A stretch of DNA of 64,000 nt from the NCBI RefSeq assembly GCF_026626765.1, contig NZ_JAPNJZ010000012.1:77012-141011 (forward strand). The letters run 5' to 3'. Source of the DNA: Corallococcus sp. bb12-1. Its GTDB lineage: Bacteria > Myxococcota > Myxococcia > Myxococcales > Myxococcaceae. Numbering within the stretch: position 1 is the stretch's first letter; every line of letters begins with the position of its first letter. This document shows positions 1 through 10,006 of the stretch, in pieces. A program made the translations under genes and the position numbers. The notes beneath the pieces were generated by a model that did no database searches, was not told the origin of the DNA, and saw nothing but the letters and a program-made list of their open reading frames with translations.

Positions 1-236
1 AGCACGCCGCACACGATGGCCAGCGTGAAGCCCAGCGTGAAATCCAGCACCGCGGGCGCTTGGCCCGGAGCGGAGAAGGGGGAGGCCACCTTGAGCGCCG
101 CGAGCACCGCCGCCAGCAGGCTGAAGACGATGTGCAGCACGCCCACGATGAGCTGGAAGAACGCCGGGAAGCGCACCATCAGGAACACCCTCTGGCGCGG
201 ATCCCCCGGCTGCAACTGCGGTCCCGGGCCGCTCAT
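1..236 (-). CDS. Partial CDS (N-terminal part, continues beyond the window start): hydrophobic integral membrane protein
   Basis: Minus-strand ATG at 236..234 overlaps the metF stop TGA (235..233) as an ATGA overlap. Reading leftward gives MSGPGPQLQPGDPRQRVFLMVRFPAFFQLIVGVLHIVFSLLAAVLAAL... with GC-rich third positions and TM-like hydrophobic stretches. Confidence 0.55.
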   Translation of the reverse strand, partial: MSGPGPQLQPGDPRQRVFLMVRFPAFFQLIVGVLHIVFSLLAAVLAALKVASPFSAPGQAPAVLDFTLGFTLAIVCGV

Positions 237-1105
237 GAGCGGGCCCTCAGCGCGCTGACGATCATCCGCGTCGCGGGGGACTTGTTGAGCGTGTAGAAGT
301 GGATGCCCGGCACGCCGCGAGCCAAGAGCTCCATGCACTGCACCGTGGCGTGCGCGACGCCCAACTGCACCACCGCGTCCGGTTGATCCTTCACGCGCTC
401 CATCTGCAACGCCAGTCGCATGGGCACCGTGGCGCCGCACATGCGCGTGAAGCGCTGGACCTGCTCATAGTTGGTGATGGGCATGATGCCGGGGACGATG
501 GGGACGTTGATGCCCGCCCGCCGCGCCCGCTCCACGAAGTCGAAATAGAAGGCGTTGTCGAAGAAGAGCTGCGTCACCACGAAGTCCATCCCCGCATCCA
601 CCTTCGCCTTCAGGTGCTTGAGGTCGTCCTCGCGTGAAGCCGTCTCCACGTGGCCCTCCGGATAGCACGCACCCCCCAGGCAGAAGTTGAAATCCTCTTC
701 TCGGACGAATCGCACCAGCTCCTCCGCGTAGCGGAAGCCGCCCGGCACCGGTTCGTAGGTCTGCTGCCCCAGCGGCGGATCCCCGCGCAACAGGAGCAGG
801 TTCTCGATGCGCGCCGCGTCGAGCCGGCGCAGCACGTCACGAAGCTCGTCCCGGTCGTGGCCCACGCACGTCAGGTGCGCCATGGCCTCGATGCCGGTGT
901 GCTTCTTGATGTGCGTCACCAGGTCCACCGTCCGGTCCCGGGTGCTCCCGCCCGCCCCGTACGTCACCGACACGAACCCCGGATTCAGCGGTGCCAGCTC
1001 CTCCACCGTGCGCAGGAGCGAGGCCACGCCCGCGTCCGTCTTGGGAGGAAAAAACTCGAACGAGAAGCACGGCTGGGAGGGATTGAGGCAGTTGCGGATC
1101 TTCAT
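233..1105 (-). CDS. metF: 5,10-methylenetetrahydrofolate reductase
   Basis: 290-aa ORF. N-terminus FSFEFFPPKT and overall similarity to the MetF family (FAD-dependent MTHFR). Confidence 0.9.
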   Translation of the reverse strand: MKIRNCLNPSQPCFSFEFFPPKTDAGVASLLRTVEELAPLNPGFVSVTYGAGGSTRDRTVDLVTHIKKHTGIEAMAHLTCVGHDRDELRDVLRRLDAARIENLLLLRGDPPLGQQTYEPVPGGFRYAEELVRFVREEDFNFCLGGACYPEGHVETASREDDLKHLKAKVDAGMDFVVTQLFFDNAFYFDFVERARRAGINVPIVPGIMPITNYEQVQRFTRMCGATVPMRLALQMERVKDQPDAVVQLGVAHATVQCMELLARGVPGIHFYTLNKSPATRMIVSALRARS

Positions 1106-1202
1106 GTCCGGAGCAGTTTAGACCCTTCCGCGTCGGCCTTGATCGGAGAAGGTGCGTCGCTATAGTCCGCGCCGTTTCGCCACCCCTGCCATGGAGAAGT
1201 CA

Positions 1203-2288
1203 ATGACCCGGCGCACGCCCCTCAACGAGGCCCATCGAAACCTGGGGGCCCGGATGGTCGACTTCGTCGGTTGGGACATGCCGGTGCAGTACAGCTCCGT
1301 CATCGCCGAGCACGAAGCCGTGCGCACCGCCGTCGGCCTCTTCGACGTGTCCCACATGGGCGAGGTGGAGTTCCGGGGCCCCGGCGCGCTGGAGACGGTG
1401 AACCGGCTCATCTCCAACGACCTGGGGCGCATCCAGGACGGACAGGCCGTCTACGCGGGCCTGCTCAACGACCTGGGCGGTTTCGTGGACGACGTCGTCG
1501 CCTACCGCTTCAGCCCGGAGCACATCCTCATCTGCGTCAACTCCAGCAACCGCGAGAAGGACTTCGCCTGGATGAAGGCGCGGGCGGAGGGCGTGACGCC
1601 GGTGGACCGGGGGGACGACTTCGCGCAGATCGCCGTCCAGGGCCCCAAGGCCTTTGGCCTCGTGCAGCGGCTGACGAAGGCGGACCTGTCCAAGGTCGGC
1701 ACCTACCGCTTCACCGAAGGGGAGGTCGCGGGCGTGAAGTCCATCATCTCCCGCACGGGCTACACCGGTGAGGACGGCTTCGAGCTGTACTGCGCCACCG
1801 ACGACGCGGTGAAGCTCTGGGACGCGCTCATGGAGGCCGGCCAGCCGGACGGCGTGAAGGCCTGCGGCCTGGGCGCGCGTGACTCGCTGCGCACGGAGAT
1901 GAAGTACGCGCTGTACGGCAACGACATCGACGATGCCCACACCGCCCTGGAAGCGGGCCTGGGGTGGATCGTCAAGCTGGACAAGGCCGGGGGCTTCATC
2001 GGCAAGGATGCGCTCGTCGCGCAGAAGGCCGCGGGCGTGCAGCGCAAGCTCGTGGGCTTCGAATTGACCGGCGCCGGCATCCCCCGTCACGGCTACCCCA
2101 TCCTCAAGGACGGCGCCCGCGTGGGCGAAGTCACCAGCGGCACGCAGGGCCCCACCGTGAAGAAGCCCATCGGCATGGGCTACGTGCCCGCCGCGCTGTC
2201 CACCGAGGGCTCCACCTTCGACGTGGAGATCCGCGGCCGCGCCGTGCCCGCGGTCGTCGTGAAGACCCCCTTCCTGAAGAAGTCCTGA
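1203..2288 (+). CDS. gcvT: Aminomethyltransferase (glycine cleavage system T protein)
   Basis: N-terminus [26 protein letters not shown] is colinear with GcvT. A GGAGAAG RBS sits 5 nt upstream of the ATG at 1203; an in-frame upstream ATG at 1152 is less likely. Confidence 0.9.
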   Translation: MTRRTPLNEAHRNLGARMVDFVGWDMPVQYSSVIAEHEAVRTAVGLFDVSHMGEVEFRGPGALETVNRLISNDLGRIQDGQAVYAGLLNDLGGFVDDVVAYRFSPEHILICVNSSNREKDFAWMKARAEGVTPVDRGDDFAQIAVQGPKAFGLVQRLTKADLSKVGTYRFTEGEVAGVKSIISRTGYTGEDGFELYCATDDAVKLWDALMEAGQPDGVKACGLGARDSLRTEMKYALYGNDIDDAHTALEAGLGWIVKLDKAGGFIGKDALVAQKAAGVQRKLVGFELTGAGIPRHGYPILKDGARVGEVTSGTQGPTVKKPIGMGYVPAALSTEGSTFDVEIRGRAVPAVVVKTPFLKKS

Positions 2289-2329
2289 TTCCCTTCCATC
2301 CCTCCGCACCTTCGCGAGGAGCAACCTCC

Positions 2330-2713
2330 ATGTCCGATTCCATCCCGCAGAACCTGAAGTACACGAAGGAACACGAGTGGGCCCGCGTCGAGGCCAGGTC
2401 CGTGGTGGTGGGCGTCACCCATCACGCGCAGGAAGCGCTGGGCGACGTGGTCTACGTGGAGCTGCCGAAGATCGGCACCCTGCTGGTCGAGGGCAAGCAG
2501 TTCGGCGTCATCGAGTCCACCAAGGCCGTGTCGGACCTGTTCGCGCCCCTGAGCGGCAAGGTGGTCAACGTGAACGCCGCCCTCACCGACAACTCGTCCC
2601 TCATCAACAGCGACCCGTACGGGCAGGGCTGGATCGTTGAGATCGAGCCCTCGGACCCCGAGCAGGTAGGCAAGCTCCTGGACGCCGCCGCATACGGCGA
2701 AATCGCCAAGTAG
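2330..2713 (+). CDS. gcvH: Glycine cleavage system H protein (lipoyl carrier)
   Basis: 127 aa. MSDSIPQNLKYTKEHEWARVE... carries the lipoyl-lysine context VESTKAVSDLFAPLSG. RBS GAGGAG upstream. Confidence 0.9.
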   Translation: MSDSIPQNLKYTKEHEWARVEARSVVVGVTHHAQEALGDVVYVELPKIGTLLVEGKQFGVIESTKAVSDLFAPLSGKVVNVNAALTDNSSLINSDPYGQGWIVEIEPSDPEQVGKLLDAAAYGEIAK

Positions 2714-2818
2714 TCCTTCGCGCAAGAAGTGGCGCGTCCCGGTTGTTAGTGACGCTCCACGAGGCCCCGACCTGCTCGGACGCCGACCCCTTCCGCACCT
2801 CCCGCGAGCCCTTCCGAC

Positions 2819-5725
2819 ATGTCCTTGAACTGGAAGTACCAGGAGTCCTTCGCCGGCCGGCACATCGGTCCGGAGACTCCTGAAGTGAAGCAGATGCTGT
2901 CCACGCTGGGCGTGGACTCGCTGGACGCCTTTATCGAGTCCACCGTGCCGCCGGTCATCCGTTCGCCAGAGCCGCTGCGGCTGCCCGCCGGCCGGGGTGA
3001 GATGGAGGTCCTGGCGCAGCTGGAGACCATCGCCGCGAAGAACCAGGTGTTCCGGTCCTTCATCGGCATGGGCTACCACGACACCCACGTCCCCAACGTC
3101 ATCCTGCGCAACATCTTCCAGAACCCGGGCTGGTACACCCAGTACACGCCCTACCAGGCGGAGATCGCCCAGGGCCGGCTGGAGGCGCTGCTCAACTTCC
3201 AGACGATGGTGACGGACCTCACCGGCATGGAGGTGGCGAACGCCTCGCTGCTCGATGAAGGCACCGCCGCGGCGGAGGCCATGGGCCTCGCGCTGCACTC
3301 GGTGAAGGGCGATATCAAGGGCGCGGCGTTCTTCGTGTCCGACGCCTGCCATCCGCAGACGCTGGACGTGGTGCGCACGCGCGCGCTGCCGCTGGGCGTG
3401 GAGGTCGTCGTGGGCGACCACCGCACGGTGGACCTGTCCGCGAAGAAGTTCTTCGGAGCGCTGGTGCAGTACCCGGCCACCGATGGCGTGGTGCATGACT
3501 ACCGCGCCTTCGCCGAGAAGGTGCACGGGGTGGGCGGTCTGCTCGTCGTCGCGGCGGATCTGCTGAGCCTCACGCTGCTCACGCCGCCCGGCGAGTTCGG
3601 CGCGGACGTGGCGGTGGGCACCGCGCAGCGCTTCGGCGTGCCGCTGGGCTACGGCGGCCCGCACGCCGCCTTCTTCGCCACGAAGAACGCCTACACCCGC
3701 GTGATGCCGGGCCGCCTCATCGGCGTGTCCGAGGATTCGCAGGGCCTGCCCGCGCTGCGCATGGCGCTGCAGACGCGCGAGCAGCACATCCGCCGCGAGA
3801 AGGCGACGAGCAACATCTGCACCGCGCAGGTGCTGCTGGCGGTGATGGCCGGCATGTACGCCGTCTACCACGGGCCGGACGGCCTCAAGGCCATCGCGGA
3901 GCGCGTGCACGGGCTCGCGACGGTGCTCGCGCGGGGCCTCGCGAAGCTGGGCTTCAAGCCGCGCCACGAGCAGTTCTTCGACACGCTGCGCGTGGAGCTG
4001 ACCACGGCGCAGGTGCGCGGCGTGCTGGCCGCCGCCGAGGGCGCGAAGATGAACTTCCGCCGCATCGACGACAAGACGCTGGGCCTGGCGCTGGACGAGA
4101 CGACGCGCGCCAAGGACGTGGAGGACATCCTCACGGCCTTCATCCAGGGCGCGAACAAGTCCGCGCAGCCGGTGGTGCTGGAGGACGTGGCCGCCAATCT
4201 GGAGAGCCCGCTGGTCCCCGAGGTGCGCCGCAAGAGCGCGTTCCTCACGCACCCCATCTTCAACCGCTACCACTCCGAGACGGAGATGCTGCGGTACGTG
4301 CGGCGGCTGGAGGCGAAGGACCTGTCGCTCACGCACTCCATGATTCCGCTGGGCAGCTGCACCATGAAGCTCAACGCCACCGCGGAGATGATCCCGGTGA
4401 CGTGGCCGCAGTTCAGCAAGCTGCACCCGTTCGCGCCCACCTCGCAGGCGGCCGGCTACAAGGTCATCTTCGAGCAGCTGGAGCACGCGCTGTCGCAGGT
4501 GACGGGCTTCGCCGGGTGCTCGCTCCAGCCCAACGCGGGCAGCCAGGGTGAGTACGCGGGCCTGCTCGTCATCCGCGCGTACCACCAGGCGCGTGGGCAG
4601 GGGCACCGCGACGTGTGCCTCATCCCGTCCTCCGCGCACGGCACCAACCCGGCCTCCGCGGTGATGGCCGGCTACCAGGTCGTCGTCACGAAGTGCGACG
4701 AGAACGGCAACATCGACCTTACGGACCTGAAGGCCCGCGCGGACGAGTACAAGGACCGGCTGGCCGCGCTGATGGTGACGTACCCGTCCACGCACGGCGT
4801 GTTCGAGGAGGAGATCCGCGAAATTTGCGCCATCACCCACGAGCGCGGCGGTCAGGTGTACATGGACGGCGCCAACCTCAACGCGCAGGTGGGGCTCACC
4901 GCGCCGGGCCACGTTGGCGCGGACGTGTGCCACATCAACCTGCACAAGACGTTCTGCATCCCGCACGGCGGCGGTGGACCGGGCATGGGCCCCATCTGCG
5001 TGGCAAGCCACCTGGTGAAGTTCCTGCCCGGACACCCGGTCATCCAGACGGGCGGGGCGGACGCCATCGGCGCCATCTCCGCGGCGCCGTGGGGCAGCGC
5101 CAGCATCCTGCTCATCTCCTGGATGTACGTGCAGATGATGGGCGGCGAGGGCCTCACGGAGGCGACGAAGCTGGCCATCCTCAACGCCAACTACATCGCC
5201 GAGCGCCTCCAGCCGCACTACCCGGTGCTCTACCGGGGCAAGCGCGGCCGAGTGGCCCACGAGTGCATCGTGGACCTGCGTCCGCTCAAGAAGACCGCGG
5301 GCGTGGAGGTGGAGGATGTCGCCAAGCGGCTCATGGACTACGGCTTCCACGCGCCCACCGTGTCGTTCCCGGTGGCGGGCACGCTGATGATTGAACCCAC
5401 GGAGAGCGAGTCCAAGGCGGAGTTGGATCGCTTCTGCGACGCGATGATCGCCATCCGCCAGGAGATCCGCGACGTGGAGGAGGGCCGTTCGCCCAAGGAC
5501 AACAACCTCCTCAAGAACGCGCCGCACACCGCGCGCACGCTCACCGCGCCGGAGTGGAACCGCCCCTACACCCGCGAGCAGGCCGTGTTCCCCACGCCGT
5601 GGGTTCGCGACAACAAGTTCTGGCCGTCCGTGGGTCGCCTCAACAACGTGCTCGGGGACCGGAAGCTCGTGTGCTCGTGCCCGCCCATCGAGGACTACGC
5701 GTCGCCCTCGCAGCAGGTCGCCTAG
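2819..5725 (+). CDS. gcvP: Glycine dehydrogenase (decarboxylating), single-chain P protein
   Basis: 968 aa. Contains the PLP-dependent GcvP motifs and is in the correct operon position after gcvT and gcvH. Confidence 0.92.
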   Translation: MSLNWKYQESFAGRHIGPETPEVKQMLSTLGVDSLDAFIESTVPPVIRSPEPLRLPAGRGEMEVLAQLETIAAKNQVFRSFIGMGYHDTHVPNVILRNIFQNPGWYTQYTPYQAEIAQGRLEALLNFQTMVTDLTGMEVANASLLDEGTAAAEAMGLALHSVKGDIKGAAFFVSDACHPQTLDVVRTRALPLGVEVVVGDHRTVDLSAKKFFGALVQYPATDGVVHDYRAFAEKVHGVGGLLVVAADLLSLTLLTPPGEFGADVAVGTAQRFGVPLGYGGPHAAFFATKNAYTRVMPGRLIGVSEDSQGLPALRMALQTREQHIRREKATSNICTAQVLLAVMAGMYAVYHGPDGLKAIAERVHGLATVLARGLAKLGFKPRHEQFFDTLRVELTTAQVRGVLAAAEGAKMNFRRIDDKTLGLALDETTRAKDVEDILTAFIQGANKSAQPVVLEDVAANLESPLVPEVRRKSAFLTHPIFNRYHSETEMLRYVRRLEAKDLSLTHSMIPLGSCTMKLNATAEMIPVTWPQFSKLHPFAPTSQAAGYKVIFEQLEHALSQVTGFAGCSLQPNAGSQGEYAGLLVIRAYHQARGQGHRDVCLIPSSAHGTNPASAVMAGYQVVVTKCDENGNIDLTDLKARADEYKDRLAALMVTYPSTHGVFEEEIREICAITHERGGQVYMDGANLNAQVGLTAPGHVGADVCHINLHKTFCIPHGGGGPGMGPICVASHLVKFLPGHPVIQTGGADAIGAISAAPWGSASILLISWMYVQMMGGEGLTEATKLAILNANYIAERLQPHYPVLYRGKRGRVAHECIVDLRPLKKTAGVEVEDVAKRLMDYGFHAPTVSFPVAGTLMIEPTESESKAELDRFCDAMIAIRQEIRDVEEGRSPKDNNLLKNAPHTARTLTAPEWNRPYTREQAVFPTPWVRDNKFWPSVGRLNNVLGDRKLVCSCPPIEDYASPSQQVA

Positions 5726-5760
5726 GCGCTCGGGTCGTCTCTCACGCTGTCAGCACCGGG

Positions 5761-5802
5761 GCCGTCTTCCTGAATCCATGGGAAGGCGGCCCTCGTGTTT
5801 TC
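5761..5802. terminator. Bidirectional hairpin terminator between gcvP (+) and the CDF gene (-)
   Basis: Stem GCCGTCTTCC ... GGAAGGCGGC with a 10-nt loop, followed by CCTCGTGTTTTC. Confidence 0.5.
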
Positions 5803-6700
5803 AGCGGTGCCCGGCGGGCTCCACGTGCACGACGACGTCCACCACCTGCGGGTAGGCGCCGTGCAGTGTCTGCTCCACCTGGTCCGCCACTTCGTGGGCC
5901 TGCGCGGTGGTGAGCTGGGGGTCCACTTCAATCTTCAGGTCCACGTAGACGCTCTCCTCCATGCCCCGGCTGCGCACGTTGCGGCACGAGCGCACGCCGG
6001 ACACCGCCAGCGTGTGCTGGGACACCTGCGCGGGGTCCAAGCGCGCCGTGTCGGAGAGGATGCCCACCGCCTGCCGGACGATGCCGTAGGCCACCCACGC
6101 GACGAAGACCATCACGCCCAGCGCGATGAGCCCGTCCGCGCGCGGGAAGCCCAGCGCCACGAGGCCAATGGAGATGAGCACCGCGATGCTCACGAACACG
6201 TCCGACAGCGTGTGCTTCGCGTCCGCGAGCAAGAGCGCGCTCTTGTACTTCTCGCCGTAGTGTCGCTCCACGCGCGTGACGACCAGGTTGATGAGGAGCG
6301 TGAAGACCATCACCCCCGCCATCGTCGCCGTCACCGTCGGGTGCTTGTCGTGAAGGAGCGAATCGAACGCCATGCGCCCCAGCTCCAGCATGCCCACGCC
6401 AATCATCGCGCCGATGCCCAGCGACGCGAGCGCTTCGAACTTGCCGTGGCCGTAGGGGTGGTCCGCGTCCGCCGGCTGGGAGGCCACGCCCATCGCCACC
6501 AGCCCCAGCACGTTGGAGCCGCCGTCGATGAACGAGTGCAACCCGTCCGCCGTCACCGACGCGGAGTGGGCCATCAACCCGAAGACGAGCTTGGCGACGG
6601 CCACCACCCAGTTGGCCACGAGGATGGCCAGCAGGACGAAGCGGACCTTGCGGTTGCGGTCCTGGAGCGCGGCGGTTCGGTCGACGAAGGTGGCTTCCAC
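5801..6700 (-). CDS. Cation diffusion facilitator (CDF) family metal efflux transporter
   Basis: TM1 is followed by a HSFIDGG motif, a HPYGHGKFE region and a C-terminal cytoplasmic CDF domain. A GTG start (VEATFVDR...) was chosen so that TM1 is included. Confidence 0.8.
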   Translation of the reverse strand: MEATFVDRTAALQDRNRKVRFVLLAILVANWVVAVAKLVFGLMAHSASVTADGLHSFIDGGSNVLGLVAMGVASQPADADHPYGHGKFEALASLGIGAMIGVGMLELGRMAFDSLLHDKHPTVTATMAGVMVFTLLINLVVTRVERHYGEKYKSALLLADAKHTLSDVFVSIAVLISIGLVALGFPRADGLIALGVMVFVAWVAYGIVRQAVGILSDTARLDPAQVSQHTLAVSGVRSCRNVRSRGMEESVYVDLKIEVDPQLTTAQAHEVADQVEQTLHGAYPQVVDVVVHVEPAGHR

Positions 6701-6777
6701 GGCGGGGCAGGGTAGTGCCCCCGCTTGCCGGGCGCGAGGCCCTGGTGGGTCCGGGTGCCCGACGCCGGACGGTGCGG

Positions 6778-8016
6778 CTACTGGCGGAAGAGCCGCATCC
6801 GGGGGCCGCCGCCCATTTCCAGGAAGAAGCCGAACTGGAAGCGCACCGTCGCGTCCTGGGTCAACAGGCCGGAGGGCGGGTTGGGGAAGGGTTGGGCGCG
6901 CTTGAAGGACGCCACCGCCTCCATGTCCAGGAAGTCCAGGCCGCTGCTCTTCTCCACCTGGATGTCCTTCACCGCGCCGCGCTCGTCCAGGGTGATGCTG
7001 AGCAGCGTCTGCCGGTCGCGCCCGGAGTAGATGTTGCCCGTCGGGTCGCGCACGCGCAGCTGCTCGTTGGGGTTCCAGTGCATCCCCACGCTCTGCTTCA
7101 CGCGGTTGAAGAAGCTCGCGTACTTCCACTCGCGCGTGTTGAGGAAGGTGCCGTCGCCTTCCTCCTGGTCGCGGAGCATGTCGTTGGGCGCCGCGCCCAC
7201 CACCCGGTCCATCGCGGCCTGCGACGGCATCAGCGTGGCCAGCCCCGGCGAACCGGTGCGGCCGGTGGAGCCGTCCTCCTCGTTGGTGTCGCCCTGGCCG
7301 GGCTGGATGCGCAGGCGCTTCGCATTGCCCGGGGTGGAGTGGCTCTCCGACTGGTTCTTCACCGCCATGCCCGGACCTTGCTCGCGCGGATCCGTCTTCA
7401 TGGCGATCTCCTGCTTGCGGCGCGTCTCCGGCATCTCGAAGGAGGGCTTCTGGCCGCCCTGCGTCTGGGGCTTGTCGTCCGCGCCCTGGCCGTTGTTGCC
7501 CGACACGCGCGGCGGCTGCACCTGATCCTGCTGCGCGCCCTCCTGCTTCTGGGGCGCAGTCCGCTGGGGCATGGCGTTGCGGTAGTTGGCCGTCTGCTCC
7601 TTGGCGCGCGTCTCCTTCTGGACGGTGTTGTTGCTCTCCGCCAGGTACTTCGCGTCCGGGGACACCTGATCATTTCCCGGCGCCACGTCCACCACCTGGC
7701 CCTGGGGTTTGGTCTCCTCCGGCTTCTTCTCTTCCTTGGGCTCGCGCTTCTCGGTGGGGCGGGGCTTCACCTGGGGGGACGTGGGGCCCCGGTTCTTCGC
7801 CCACTGGTCCGACGTGAGGGGCCGCACCGCCACCGACGTGGGCCGGGGCGTGGGGCGCTTCTCACCGGCCAGGTTCGTCTGGAGGAGGGACGCCAGGAGC
7901 ACGAAGCCCACGACGGCGGCCTGCCCCAGCAGCGCCAGGACGGCCGCCACCAGATAGCGCCACGGCATGCGCTTCTTGCGCCGCTCCCGCCAGTCTGTCG
8001 AGGAACCCTTGCCCAC
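6778..8016 (-). CDS. TonB-family protein (N-terminal TM anchor, Pro/Lys/Glu-rich linker, C-terminal TonB-C domain)
   Basis: TM helix near the N-terminus. Linker KPRPTEKREPKEEKKPEETKPQ. C-terminal TonB_C-like fold (…FFNRVKQSVGMHWNP…TLDERGAVKDIQVEKSSG). The start could instead be the internal MPWRYLV. Confidence 0.7.
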   Translation of the reverse strand: MGKGSSTDWRERRKKRMPWRYLVAAVLALLGQAAVVGFVLLASLLQTNLAGEKRPTPRPTSVAVRPLTSDQWAKNRGPTSPQVKPRPTEKREPKEEKKPEETKPQGQVVDVAPGNDQVSPDAKYLAESNNTVQKETRAKEQTANYRNAMPQRTAPQKQEGAQQDQVQPPRVSGNNGQGADDKPQTQGGQKPSFEMPETRRKQEIAMKTDPREQGPGMAVKNQSESHSTPGNAKRLRIQPGQGDTNEEDGSTGRTGSPGLATLMPSQAAMDRVVGAAPNDMLRDQEEGDGTFLNTREWKYASFFNRVKQSVGMHWNPNEQLRVRDPTGNIYSGRDRQTLLSITLDERGAVKDIQVEKSSGLDFLDMEAVASFKRAQPFPNPPSGLLTQDATVRFQFGFFLEMGGGPRMRLFRQ

Positions 8017-8135
8017 GGCCTGATGATAAACCTCCGGACCGCCTCTTCAGTCCCGAACGTGCGGCCCACAACACCAGAAGCCTCGAAGAGATTCGCGTTC
8101 CCGGCATTGGATGCGCACGAATTGTCCTCTCCGCC

Positions 8136-9965
8136 TCAGTAGATGGGGGCGACCTCCGCGCCGTTGAAGTAGTAGCGCAGGATCTCCGGATAGCGCTGCC
8201 CGGCTTCCGCCCGGCCAATGGCGCCTGTCTGACACATGCCCACGCCGTGGCCCCAGCCGCCGCCCCGGAACAGCCACCCGGTGAGGCGGCCCTCGGCGTC
8301 CCGCTCGGCGTCCACCGTGGCCATGGTGCTGTTGAGCATCCCGAAGAGCCGCCGGATGTTCAGCTCTCCCCGGACCTGGGTGGCGCCCTTCAGCCCGGCG
8401 AGGGTGAGCAGCTTCGCCCGGCCGGAGACCCCGCGCTCGGAGAGGCTCAAGGCCTGGATGGACCCCACGCCCAGCTTCTCCGTGAGCGCGTCCACCTGGG
8501 CCTGCGTGAAGCGCTTCTCCCACCGGAACTTCGTCGGCTGGGCGAAGCTGGACAGCCGGCACGCGGCGGGCACGTCCGGAGCGGCCAGCCACGCCTTGAG
8601 GGAGGACGGCCTGGGCACGTCCGGCGCGGCTTCCAGCAGGTCGGGCCGGCCGCGCAGGCTGGGGTCGGGCGGGCCTCCCCAGACGACGTCGTTGTCCTCG
8701 GAGTGGCCGCCGCACACGGCGCTGTAGACGGAGTCCACCAGCCGCCCGTCCTTGCTGAAGAGCGCCTCGCCCCGGGTGGCCTCCACCGCGGCGGTGGTGC
8801 TGGCCGCCTCTCCGGTGCGGCCCCGGTACACCGCGCAGTGCTGCTCCGAGCACAGCAGGTACGGATCCGCCAGATGCTTGATGCCCACCTTCGCCAGCAC
8901 CTCGCCCCGCGCGGTGACGGCCTGGGCCTTGAGCGCCTCCGGGTGCGCGCGCGCGAAGATTTCGGACGGCACCAGGCCCTTGAGCAGCTCCTCCAGCGGC
9001 ACCACGTTCACCACCGCGAGCTTGCCAGCGCGGTCCACGGCGAACTGGATCGCACCCCGGAAGCTGCGGTCCTCGAAGGCGTGGAAGTCGTAGCCCACGC
9101 CGTACTCCACCTGCCGCACGTCGAAGCCGCTGCCGTCCGGCGTCTCCGCGTCCAGCCGGTCCTGCGCGAGGCCCACCACCGCGTCGTTCTCATCCTTCAC
9201 CTCGAGGATGGCGCTCGACGGCTTGCGGACCTCCTCGAAGAGGGTGGTGCGCAGGCCGTAGCGGCGCAGCAGCTCCGCCTGCTTCTCCTGGGCGGCCTGG
9301 GGCGAGAGGGCCTCGTCACCCAGGAGCAGGTAGCGCCGGTTGTCGATGACCTTCCCCGCGATGCCGTACACCGAGCCCAGCGTGTGCGTGCGCACCGCGA
9401 GCCCCCGGGCGCGCCACGTCTCCTGCGCCTCGGTCAGGCCCGCCTTGTCCGCGAACCGGAACTCGCCCAACTGCAGCCGCGCGCTCCACTGCGCGGGTTC
9501 GCCCTGCGTCACCCGCACCGTCCACCGGGAGCCCGCGGGCGCATCCAGCATCTTGTCGTCCGGTCCGCCGAAGCGCAGGCGCATCCGGCCGCGCGGTGAG
9601 AACGTCACCGCGTCGCGGCCCTCCATCAGCTTGATGGGCAGGTGGGGTTCACCGTTGCGGAAGTCCAGGCGCTTCAGGTCCTGCGGTCCGGGCAGCCCGG
9701 AGGTGAGCGGATCCGGGAGCCCGCTCCCTGTCGTGAGCGACACGCCCGCGTCGGCGATGTTCGCGGGCGCGGTGGGCTTCGTGTTCGAGGAGACCTCCGG
9801 TTCGCCCAGCCCTTGAGTCGCGGGAGCGGGGGCGGGCGCTGGCGTGGCGCAGGAGGCGAGCAGCAGGGCGGTCAGGAGGAGGACGGCTTTGGACACGGCG
9901 GGCGGCACCGTAGCCGCCGCGCGGTCAGGCGTCACGGTCCTCCCTTCCACTGCGGCGCGTCTCAC
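8136..9965 (-). CDS. SpoIID/LytB-domain lipoprotein (amidase-activator-like)
   Basis: Lipobox LLASCA. C-terminal GGGWGHGVGMCQTGA motif characteristic of the SpoIID/LytB family. Confidence 0.8.
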   Translation of the reverse strand: MRRAAVEGRTVTPDRAAATVPPAVSKAVLLLTALLLASCATPAPAPAPATQGLGEPEVSSNTKPTAPANIADAGVSLTTGSGLPDPLTSGLPGPQDLKRLDFRNGEPHLPIKLMEGRDAVTFSPRGRMRLRFGGPDDKMLDAPAGSRWTVRVTQGEPAQWSARLQLGEFRFADKAGLTEAQETWRARGLAVRTHTLGSVYGIAGKVIDNRRYLLLGDEALSPQAAQEKQAELLRRYGLRTTLFEEVRKPSSAILEVKDENDAVVGLAQDRLDAETPDGSGFDVRQVEYGVGYDFHAFEDRSFRGAIQFAVDRAGKLAVVNVVPLEELLKGLVPSEIFARAHPEALKAQAVTARGEVLAKVGIKHLADPYLLCSEQHCAVYRGRTGEAASTTAAVEATRGEALFSKDGRLVDSVYSAVCGGHSEDNDVVWGGPPDPSLRGRPDLLEAAPDVPRPSSLKAWLAAPDVPAACRLSSFAQPTKFRWEKRFTQAQVDALTEKLGVGSIQALSLSERGVSGRAKLLTLAGLKGATQVRGELNIRRLFGMLNSTMATVDAERDAEGRLTGWLFRGGGWGHGVGMCQTGAIGRAEAGQRYPEILRYYFNGAEVAPIY

Positions 9966-10006
9966 CCTGGATGACCGGCAGTGAATAGAACGCCCGACGC
10001 CATGCG

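Noticed and set aside
16-296. Plus-strand ORFs 16..258 and 60..296
   Set aside because: Overlap the better-supported minus-strand membrane-protein ORF (strong GC3 bias, ATGA coupling to metF). Plus-strand translations are low-complexity.
1106-1202. Possible glycine riboswitch upstream of gcvT
   Set aside because: Region is only about 97 nt and lacks tandem aptamer consensus elements. The real gcvT start (1203) leaves no room for a riboswitch.
2180-5527. 1115-aa ORF antisense to gcvP, and similarly large antisense or alternate-frame ORFs 11970..15290(-), 18425..22363(+), 33265..35745(-), 36037..37683(-), 38176..42342(-), 47124..49799(-), 57649..59724(-), 6715..8142(+), 16177..17424(+)
   Set aside because: Artefacts of very high GC (stop-codon-poor antisense frames). 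Translations are Arg/Ala/Gly/His-rich low-complexity with no motifs, and they overlap well-supported conserved genes (gcvP, rpoB, rpoC, hrpB, asd etc.).
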